Below are positions 41,919-52,663 of a stretch of 64,000 nt of DNA, piece after piece (within the stretch, counting starts at the first letter, position 1; each line of letters begins with the position of its first letter). Position numbers and translations under genes: made by a program. This DNA is from Thalia democratica (taxonomy: Eukaryota): positions 44,020,001 to 44,084,000 of the forward strand of contig OZ241831.1 of the NCBI GenBank assembly GCA_965202585.1, read 5' to 3'. The notes under the pieces are model-generated. The model did no database searches, was not told the origin of the DNA, and was given only the letters and a program-made list of their open reading frames with translations.

Positions 41919-44014
41919 AATGCAACTAATTTTTTGAATAATTATTCTAAGTTATACGATTTACAGCGATTTTGTTGAAAAAACTTTATTCTGTTTTACC
42001 ACGTTGTGCTATGTTAAAATCATTTTGTTTGTTTTGTGTTTAATAGCTAATTTCTGTCAATAAAATGAATAGTATAAAAAAAGTATATGCTATTGTACTA
42101 TAATTGAGTATATAGTATAGTAAATAAATCTGCGTTCTACAAATTCTAAAAAATTCTAAATAAATAAGGCTTACTTAAATATCAGTAAAACCACTAAATG
42201 TTGTATGCCAAATATAAATAAAATATGCGATAATTTTCTTTGTTTAACTTTCTACTTTAATTAAATTATAAATTTGTTTGTCTATAATTATAAATGGTTA
42301 ATAATGAAAAGAACATGCAGGATTTATTCTTGTTTAGTTTTTTCTAAATATTTTGATTGTTTCATCAGATACATTTAAATAAGCAGCTTTTTTATTTAAC
42401 TAAGATTAAAAATTTACGATAGTGACTAAACTCCATTAATCTTAAACTAATTTCAGAATAGTGAAGCTTTAAATTAAGCAATACTCTAAATTTATAAAAA
42501 CTTTACTTTATTTACTGGATCAAGTTAATTAAAAAAAATAAAAGATATATAATAGTAGAAAAATAAACGTCAATGAGTTGTGACTTTGGTTCTTTATATA
42601 CACCAACCTTCATTGTAAGTGGGAAGGAATGCCATATTTTTATTACAAAACATCAGTAAAATCACTGATTAGACTCAGAGCTGTATATTTAATGGTATTT
42701 ACAATTATTGAAACGAATTGAAGGTAAGTTATTAAGTTTAACTTCAGTGTACCTTATGCACAGTTTAGAAAGTTTCAAATATGCATTACTTATATATGAG
42801 TCGAATAGTTGTGCTTTCTATCTAAATTTATTAATACACAATGTTTAAATTACTGAGTTATTTTTTTATAGACTATGTGTACAATGAAATTAATGATATG
42901 TATTTTGGTATTAAAAAGGACCAAGGCAATACTAAAACTTTAGTATTGTATGAAGTTAAACAGCTGCTTGTTTACTATTACACTCAAATAATCTTTTTAA
43001 TTTTTTTTAAACTTCTTAGAAACAAAAAAAGTTTTTTAGTTGTAAATAAAGTATCAAAATTTTAATACATTTATAATATAAAGTTTTATAACTAATTAAT
43101 TTATCCTAAAAAAAAAAACTGAAAAATATTTTATTCATTTTGTTTTAATAAATCGATAAGTTTCAAAAGATTAGGGTGTTTTTAAAAGTGTAATTCTTTT
43201 TATATTCAAAACTTTACACTGAAATTAATTAAAAAATACAAAGTAGCTACAAAAAATCTCAATAGGTATTTAATACAAACTTTATTAAAAATTTGAATCT
43301 TTGCGACAAAAAAAAAACAACTTCTAAGTAATTTTTACGAACACTGAAAGTTTTAAAAGTAACTATAAGAGAAAATACTTGTCTGCAATTAGAGGACGGA
43401 AAACAATTTCTTAAAAATTTTCAGTCAAATAGCGCAGAAATTAAAATTAGGCAAAAAAAAAAGTGATGACAGCTAAAACTACCAATTAGAAAGTTTACAG
43501 AAACTAGGATAGATAAAAAAAGCTACTGAAATCGTATATACAAAAATTTAAAGTATTTCTTATTTAAAATAGATAATATAAAACAAAAAAAACGTTAAAA
43601 AGCTTAAAAAAGTACAAAAATAAAATAAACACAGTGCTAAAAACGGTTTGAAAAGGTGAAAGTAATGTAAAAAGTAAAAAAAAAAACTTATTTTAGTTGA
43701 GATCAACTTTATCACAGCCTGAAAGCTAGTATCGACAGCTTCGTTAACTAGTGTTTCATGACGTCATATTTGAAATGTAGTGACGTAATAAATCCTTTAA
43801 CAGTGACGTAAAATCAGCACAGTAATAAAAAAACTCACAGCGTAAAAATACAGTCTTTAGTAAAAATATACGTTTAATCAAAACTCAAAACAAGTAAAAG
43901 TATTCAAAACAAGCTAATTTCAAAGTAGGTCTTTCGACAAGCAAGACATGTAAGATTTTGATTCTAGTAAGCAGCCCTCGCTTGTACAATGAAGAACTTT
44001 TACTTTGTTTTTAT

Positions 44015-45592
44015 TCAGTGTCTCCTTCTCCTAATTTCTTGACTCAGCTGGTCCTTCAAGGTGGCAGCCTAAAAAAAACAGCAGTTGTTTAAAAACAGTT
44101 TTTTTATATCAAAATTACGTAATAGCAAAACTAAGTTATACATAATATTTAAGTTATTAAAAAAAAACGAACTTTTTTATTGAGATATTTGTAAAGCTAT
44201 AAAAAAATAAACAGCTGCACGAAGTAAATATTTAAAGTAATCAACTAATGTGACGTCACAACTTACTTGTTCCTCCAGTCCCTTGACGCGCTGCCGATGA
44301 GCTCTCTCGCGCGCCTCCAGTGTTCGTTCCGACTGAATCTGAGCCGTCCTCAGCCTCTCGATCTCCATTTCCGACTCCTGCCGGTGCCTGGTGGTGATTT
44401 CGATCAGCCTCTTGGCGTTCGCCTGCTCCGTGTCCGACAGCTGCTGCTGCATCGCCTGTTAGAAAGTTTGTTGGTGTTCTATGGTTGAAAATAAATTTTA
44501 TCTAGCTTTATTTTATTCTTTGTTTTTAGACTTATTTTAATATTTGAAGTATCAAAATGTTAATTTGCATATATTTTAAAGCATTAAAAAAAAAAGTTTA
44601 TTAAAAATTACACATTAGCTGAAACTACTTAACTGATTTTTTAAATAACAATTCTCAATTAAATATTTTTTACTTGTATAGTCTTCCTAGCATCTTCTAG
44701 TTCGCATTCAAGGTCTCTGCAAGATCTATCCAAAACTCCTCTGTCCTCAACAAGTCTCATCGACTCCTCTTCAGTCTTCAAACGTTCTCTCTTAACCTTT
44801 TAGTGTTGTTTACGATCAATTGTTTGATAAAAAATAACTTGAAGCTAATTATAAAGTATAAGTACTACAATAGGAAAGACCCTTTATCAGATTAATTAGG
44901 TTTTCGAGCATTAAAGTTTATCAAAAAGTAGTTAAAATGATCTAATTAGTTTTATGATAAAATGCGTTACATCATGATCTCATACTAAAACAGATTTGTA
45001 GTTTTGTTAGAAGGGATCTTTATTAAACCTATTTTTTATATGTAGTAATATATAGCACAAGTAAATGAAAAAAACCACTTACTTGACCAACTTTAAGTAA
45101 ATAACTTAATTGTAAAATATGTTTGGAGTGTATAATTTTAAATTCTCAAACAAAATGTTGTGAAATAATAAACAAACTTTATCAAGTGTCTTCTGCAGCG
45201 CGTTCTTGTCCTTCTCCAGTCTGACTGCTCCCCTCTGAGTTTCTCTCTTCTCGCTGTCCAGCTGTGCGATCGCCCTCTGAAGTCCCGTGATCCTCTCCTG
45301 CAAGATCCTCTTCTCCTCCTGCAATTTCTGGATCCTCACTAATGCCGACTGTTCCGCTTCCTGGCGCTTGTCGCAAACCTTCAAGTTTTGTAGTTGTTTT
45401 CCACAACAAATTTAAGATAATTTACAAAATTAAACAAGTCAAAAAAAATCTATGAAAGTAAATCAAACGCCGTATTTAGCCGTACTTGTTTTCAAATTAA
45501 AAAAATTAAATCATACAAAAGCTGTACAAAAACAATTTAAAAATATTCCAACCTGCTGCAGATCCTTCAGTTGAGTTTCCACATCGGTCCTC
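44015..45592 (-). pseudogene. Rootletin 3' duplicate: four complete terminal exons with intact splice sites plus a partial fifth exon (could be a usable alternative 3' end)
   Basis: Exons 45378-45178, 44796-44674, 44455-44267 and 44068-44015 are open and in phase. A partial exon spans 45553-45592. Confidence 0.85.
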
Positions 45593-45597
45593 CACAG

Positions 45598-45697
45598 TTG
45601 TGGATCATCGTTGGGTGAGAAGAGATACATCAAGATGTCACGTGATATGCAGAACAGCTGCGGAATCGCCACTCAAGCATCATACCCACTTGTTTAA
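45598..45697 (+). pseudogene. Isolated, inverted duplicate of the cathepsin L last exon
   Basis: Matches the reverse complement of 4831-4930, with the acceptor CACAG and the TAA retained. WGSSWGEKG has become CGSSLGEKR. The cathepsin 3' flank follows. Confidence 0.92.
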
Positions 45698-46247
45698 ATC
45701 ATTGTGATGTCGTATTAACTCGGTTGGTTTTTTAGTTAATTGGTTAAATGTAAAAACTACAGTTAAGTTCATTGTAAAACTAATCAAATTTGTTTTGGAT
45801 TATTTAACTATAATTCTAATAAATATCCTATCTCAGTTGCCTTTTTAAATAAAGTGTTAAAAACTTTTTGACAATTTTTTTAAGTAGTTAAATGTTATTT
45901 TTTTTTAATTATTTAAAGAGAGCTTATATAAAAGTCTACTATGCTTAGTTAGTATTTAATACCTCTTATAAACAGTTAAAATTTTAAACATCTTGTTTAG
46001 TTTTATTAAGCAAGCTTTTTTGTGATCCTTTTGTTTTTAATAAATGATAGTTTTGTGTTAAAATATAATTATTTAGTTTTATTTATTATAGTTATAAGAT
46101 ACAAAGTTTTATTAGAAGTTTGTTAACGTATTTTAAAAAACAAAATTACTGAAAAACTTGTTTTAATAACTCTTATTTCATTGACTAGTTAAAATATTTT
46201 TTTAAAAAGCTAGAAGATAGTAATTTTTCAGGTGTATATGTATAAGC

Positions 46248-46750
46248 CAGGGGTCGGCACGGTGTACACTGGTGCAAACTAGTGTTCAAAAATTTTTTTT
46301 AGGGTGCACGATACTTTTGGGGTGCATGAAACTTATTTTGGGGTACATGGCTTTTTTTTTGCGCAAAAACTAAATTTAAGTTTTTTTTTTTTTTTAATAC
46401 ATTTAAGACATATTCAACCTTGATATCTTATTGACCATTTTGTTGCTAATAAAACGACCATTTTTGTACTCTCTTAGTTCTATTTTGTTACATAATGTAA
46501 AACTTCTTCTACCCTTTGCCACCAAAAGTAAAACTGAAGTAAGCAAATCTCATACATTCTTTAAAACAAAATAAAACGGTTAGTATTGTATTAATGTTTA
46601 ATTTTATTGACTCTTATTGTATAAAAGCGTTTTGCTACATTAAAAATCACTATACTAATCAGCTTATTTAACTAATATTTGAACAAAAAATAGTTTGGCC
46701 TAAAATATTCAATAATATTTAACTCATAATAAAATTAAAGTAAAAAAAGG
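46248..46750 (+). mobile_element. Truncated hAT-like insertion
   Basis: Begins CAGGGGTCGGCAC, similar to hAT/Charlie termini. About 500 bp are absent from the homologous 20130-20200 region. No right TIR was found. Confidence 0.45.
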
Positions 46751-49491
46751 TCAGATTTTACAATTTAATTCGTGTGTAAAAAAATTATCCAATAGCGTTT
46801 ATTTACTTATATTATTATTATTATAATTGTTGAGCTTTTCAAAATGCATTTCACCAAAATCTATACTATTTAGAAAAACGTAATCATTTTGAGTTCAGTT
46901 GCGTGGAAAAAACGTAATTAAAAGTATTAAAAACATTACATAACTCATAATGGCCAAGTGTTTTAGAAGAATAATTATAAAACAAATTGGGTTCAGTCTG
47001 AAATGTTCATAATCTGCCGATGACGTATTTTATGAATTCAGAAATGAGCTGTAATAGAAATAACAAGTATTGTTTTCTATTGTTGAAACTTTAAATATAA
47101 ATTTACTTAAAAACAAAATCTATAAACATTAAGTTTAACATTCAAGGTTTAATCATTTTGACTACTAGTTCAGCATATATTATGATATGACAAAATTTTA
47201 AAAGTAAACTAAGGGATATACCTGTCAATAAATAAAAATTTCTAATACATGTTTTTGACAATTTTTTTCGTCTTTTGTTTGAATTTTAGAGTGGGGTAGC
47301 ACATACTCTACTTGTTTAGAACTACAGTTTTATTTAAACTTGTTTTAATAATGACTTTTATAAATTATGAAAGTGTCTATTTAAGTGTTAAAGCATTTGT
47401 TTGTTATAGCTTTAACAAATTTAAATATTAAAAATGTTTTTTTAACTTTAAATTTTAATAATCATTACAATTTCATGTCATAAACAGTAGTGTCTGGCTA
47501 AACAAAATCAAGAGTATAAATAAGTAAAATGAAAAAAATAAACTATTGATTCATGTAGATAATAGTGTAAATATATGTTAATTGTTGGCTAAAAATTGGA
47601 TATAAAACAAAACAATTTATAAGTTTAAACGAGTACTAAAAAGTTTTGATAAAGTAATGTCAATTAAAATTGCAGCTAGTGTTAGTGTTAACATTTGGTT
47701 AAAACTTTATGACAAAATAAATTACAGGCTAGAGAAAAGTTTCAACAAATAAAAAACTAAACAACTAAGTTTTTTATATCTTTTGATATTGCTAGTGAAT
47801 ATTAACAACTGGTAAATAAATATTTAAGTTTGAAACACAAGTTAAAAAGAACTTGATTTAACCATTTAAATTACAAATTTTACCATTAAAAATCTACTAG
47901 ATTAAACGTTAGTACAGTTAAAGTATATTTGAGGATAAAAAAATATAAAGTATTATATTGTAAATGATAAATTATATTGACGTGGTTAGTTTTTAGTGAA
48001 AAAAAAATCGAAGCTTTGAGAGCTAAAAAAACCCAATAAAAGGCGTGCTAGAATCTGCTTTAATAAAAAAGTAGAGTTATAAAGTTTAGTTCGAATATAA
48101 AAATTGTATAACTTGGTTGTAATACTTATAATATAATAAATATTCATTTATACCAACAACAACAGTTAGATATAACTATAACGTACTAAACCTAAGTTTT
48201 TAAATGCAGTACTCAGGGTTAAATTGAAAGTTTATAAAAAAGTATTAGATTACATGTTAAATGTCGGTTAGTTTAAATACAAAAATTGTATTTAAATAAT
48301 GATCAGTTTACATTACACTAACATTAACATATTTACCAAAAAATAACTTTAATCAACGAGAGTCGGAAAATTTTAAAAGTTTTTATGTTATGTGTGAAAT
48401 TAAAAAAAATATATATACATTTTTAGTATAATATTTTCCTTGAAGAAATGAAGTCATACTTACTAACGTTTATATTAAAATTTAGCTTTTATTTTAAATG
48501 TTGTATAGTTAATACTTACTGATTTAGATCGTAAGTTTTAAAACTAAAGTTTCTGAAAAAGTCAATTTTGTGAACAACTTATTAGAGTTTCATGTTAATA
48601 GTAGTTTCATGGCTTTTATAATTTTGTGTCATAGATAATTTACACAAACATTAAGCAATTAACTTGTTGAGTGTAAGTACGTAATATCTACATAGCATTA
48701 AGAAAACTAATCAAGCAAAGGGTATAAATACTACGTTATAATAGCATGTTTTTTCATTAGTTTTTTTCTATGAAATTTGATTTTATATTAATACTTTAGA
48801 CATAAATTTACAGGATAATACTCCTACCCGAGTACTTTTTTTTCAATTAAACAAAACTTTTATTATATTTAAAGTTTTATTTAACAATATTTCTTTACAT
48901 TTTTTAGTGTAATTAGTTGTGAAAATAAGATTTATAACATTTGTTTTTGTTTTGTTAAAGATTAAATATTGTTAGTTTAATAGTAGTAGTTTTATCTTCC
49001 TTGGTTTTTATAAAATTAGTTTAGTGTTTAATGTAATTAGCAGTTACATAAACACTAAGTTTTTTTTTACTTGTTTAATTAAGAAACTAAATAGTTAACA
49101 CACTAAAATAAATCTAGCAAGGGTTTCTAAATGTTGTTTTAGTTGAATGATTGATAACTATTTTTACTTGAAATGAACTTTCATGTTAATTTGTTAGATA
49201 CTAATCTGCAGCTTAATACTTATACTTCTATAATTTTTTTTCAATTGAAATACATTATTTTATTTCTAATAGATATTTTGCAAAAAGATATTTCTTTACA
49301 AATTAGATAGTTCAGAAAAAAGTAGTTCTGCTTTTAATTTCCTTAATGTTGTAAAATGTAGGCTTTTACTTAGTTATAGGTCTCATAAACAAAATAATGA
49401 CTTTATTTTATGTTAACTTTTCGTTTTCAATTTTTCACTTTTTAAAAATTATAACATGTTATTTTTGCAGCTCTTTGTAGTTGAAGTCGTC

Positions 49492-50565
49492 ATGTCAGGT
49501 GAAGATCAACTGAAATCTGCTGAAAGTTTTGAAAGTGAAAACAATGTGGCTGTTGAAAACGATCCAGTTGTACAAAATGTCACCAGCAACCCAGGTTCTG
49601 CATCCGATAATGAAAACAAATCATTTGATAATAGTGATCCGCAAACTAGTGCCCTGTCTTCTGATGCCGGAGACAATCCAATTGAAAGTAATGAATTACA
49701 GATTGCTGTAAAATCCGGTAGACTAGTACTAGCTCGACGATTGCCTAAAATATCATCAGTTGTGTTTAGTCTTGAAAGGATAAAGTTAACATTGTTGGAG
49801 GAAATAAAAAGATATAGGGAGATTGAAAATATTTATGCTCATGGTGAGAATATATCAAATTTTATTAGACTGACTTTCGGTTCTGTTGAAAAGAATCAGC
49901 TAGAAATTGACACGATAGAAAAACAAATTAAAAGGATAAAGTTGACACATGCTAATCAAAATTCTGATCTAAAAGAGATACATCAACAAACAGGACCCGA
50001 AGATATAGTTGCTGATAATATCAATACTGAAGATCGTGATCCATCGACTATTAGCAATCCAGATTTCTCTGCTGACTTACAAACTAAACCAAACAACTCT
50101 GCTAAAAATCGTCAACATAAAGCGGTGATGGCTGAGGTGCAGAATAATGTAACAGAGGTGGACACTTTAAATTTACCACAGCATAATAACTCATCTGAAA
50201 ATGGTCACTGTACCAACAGTTCTTATGTGAATTCTCCTCTCAAAACACCACCCGCAGTTGGTAGCCCGACTGAAGTTGATGATCAAAACACCAGCTGTGT
50301 TACCGGTAAACTTTTACCATTAAGGCTGATCGGTGAACGTTTTTCTGATGTTGCAGCTTCAAGACCTCCCAAGAAAAATAAAAACTTCGAAAAACAAATT
50401 ACTTTCTACCTAAGACTCGCTTTGTCCGTTGTTCTAGCTGTATTCGTTTATACTGTAAATAAGGTATTTCGCAGTTTTAGTACTTCTGATTGTATTTGTA
50501 ATATTGATTGTAATTTTGATTTTGAAGGTTTTCAACAAAAAGTGATTGAGTGCATCCTTAAATAA
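49492..50565 (+). CDS. Orphan family copy 9 (subtype A), intact, 357 aa; convergent with rootletin
   Basis: Acceptor AG ends at 49470. TM plus Cys tail are present, with AATAAA at 50707-50712. Confidence 0.8.
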   Translation: MSGEDQLKSAESFESENNVAVENDPVVQNVTSNPGSASDNENKSFDNSDPQTSALSSDAGDNPIESNELQIAVKSGRLVLARRLPKISSVVFSLERIKLTLLEEIKRYREIENIYAHGENISNFIRLTFGSVEKNQLEIDTIEKQIKRIKLTHANQNSDLKEIHQQTGPEDIVADNINTEDRDPSTISNPDFSADLQTKPNNSAKNRQHKAVMAEVQNNVTEVDTLNLPQHNNSSENGHCTNSSYVNSPLKTPPAVGSPTEVDDQNTSCVTGKLLPLRLIGERFSDVAASRPPKKNKNFEKQITFYLRLALSVVLAVFVYTVNKVFRSFSTSDCICNIDCNFDFEGFQQKVIECILK

Positions 50566-52408
50566 AATGCAACTAATTTTTTGAACAATTATTCTTAAGT
50601 TATACGATTTACAGCAATTCTGTTAAATAATGTAATTCTGTTTTATCATGTTGTGCTAAGTTAAAAGTTATCTTGTTTGTTTTGTGTTTAATAATTAATT
50701 TCTGTCAATAAAATGAATATTATCAACAAAGTCTATGCTATTGCACTATAATTGACTATATGATATAGTAAATACAATTGCGTTCTAAAAATTCTTTTTA
50801 CTTAAGTACAAATAACTTAAGCTCACTTTAATATCAGTACAACCACTAAATGTAGTATGTTAAACATGAATAAAATATTGTCCGATAATTTTCTTTGTTA
50901 AACATTCTACTTTTATTAAATTATAAATTTGTATGTGTCAGATTATAAATGGATAATAAAGAAAAGAACATGCAGGATTTTTTTATATTTAGTTTTTTCT
51001 TAATATTTTGATTGTTTCATCAATATTTATTTAAATAAACAGCTTTTTATTTAACTAAGATTAAATAAATTTCATTAATCTAAAACTAATTTCAGTATAG
51101 TGAAGCTCTAAATTAAGCAACACTCTAAAATTATAAAAAAATTACTTAATTTATTGGATCAAGTTTATTAAAAAAAAATAATATAATAGAAAATAAATAA
51201 ACGTCAATGAGTTGTGATTTTTGTTCTTTATATAAAGCAACCTTCGTTTTAAGTGGAAAGGAATGCTAAATTTTTATTACTAAAACATCAGTAAAATCAC
51301 TGATTAGACTCAGAGCTGTATGTTTAATGGTATTTACAATTATTAAAACGAATTGAAGTTAGTTATTAAGCTTAACTTCAGTGTACCTTATAAACTGTTT
51401 AGAAAGTTTCAAATATGTACTACTTATCTATGAGTCTAATAGTTGTGCTTGCTATCTCAATTTATCAATACACTATGTTTGAATTACTGGGTTACTTTTT
51501 TTATAGACTATGTGCACAATGAAATTAACGACATGTATTTTGGTATTAAAAAAGACCAAGGCAATACTATAATTTTAGTATTGTATGAAGTTAAACAGCG
51601 TTTTGTTTACTATTACACTTAAATAGCCTTTTTAATTTTTTTTAACCTTCTTAGAAATAAAAATAGGTTTTTAGTTGTTAATAAAGTATCATAATTATAA
51701 TAAATTTATAAGATAAAATCTTTTAACTAATAAACTTATCCTGAGTAAAAGCTGAAAAATATTTTATCCATATTGTTTTAATAAATCGACAAGTTTTAAA
51801 AGATTAGGGTGTTTTAAAAAGTATACTTCTTTTTTTATTCTAAACTTTACTCTGAAACTAATTAAAAAAAAACTAAACAGTAATTCAAAAAAAACTACAA
51901 TAGGTACTTGTTACAAACTTTATTAAAAATTTTTCGAAGCATTGCGACAAAAAAAAAAACAACTTCTAAGTAATTATACGAAAACTGAAAGTTTTAATAA
52001 GTAACTATAAGAGAAAGTACTTGTCTGCAAAAAATAAAAGTGAAATTAGAGGACGGAAAACAATTTTCTTAAACTTTTCAGTCAATTAGCGCAGAAAGTA
52101 AAATTAGGCAAAAAATAGTGATGACAGCTATAACTACCAATTAGAAATTTTACAGAAACTAGGATAGATAAAAAAGCTACTGAAATCGTATATACAAAAA
52201 TTTATAGAATTTTTTAGTTAAAGAAGACAATAAAAGAAAAAATAAACGTTAAAAAGCTAAAAAATGTACAAAAATGAAATAAACACAGTGCTAAAAATGG
52301 TTTGAAAAGGTGAAAGTAATGTAAAAAGTAAAAAAAAATATGTTAGTTGAGGTCAACTTTATCACAGCCTGAAAGCTAGTATCGACAGCTTCGTTAACTA
52401 GTGTTTCG

Positions 52409-52460
52409 TGACGTCATATTTGAAATGTAGTGACGTAATAAATCCTTTAACAGTGACGTA
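52409..52460. promoter_or_regulatory. Cluster of three TGACGT (CRE-like) motifs about 200-250 bp past the rootletin stop
   Basis: TGACGTCA at 52409 and TGACGTA at 52431 and 52454. The cluster recurs near 27754, 32383, 39259 and 43759. Confidence 0.3.
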
Positions 52461-52663
52461 AAATCAGCACAGTAAAAAAAACTCACAGCGTAAAAAATAC
52501 AGTCTTTAGGAAAAATATTCGTTTAATCGAAACTCAAAACAAGTAAAAGTATTTTAAACAAGCTAATTTCAAAGTAGGTCTTTCGACAAGCAAGACATGT
52601 AAGATTTTGATTCTAGTAAGCAGCCCTCGCTTGTACAATGAAGAACTTTTACTTTGTTTTTGT

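Noticed and set aside
50440-50565. KASH-like or CaaX (CILK) interpretation of the family tail
   Set aside because: There is no terminal PPPx of KASH domains, Lys is not a typical CaaX terminal residue, and the tail is probably non-cytosolic.
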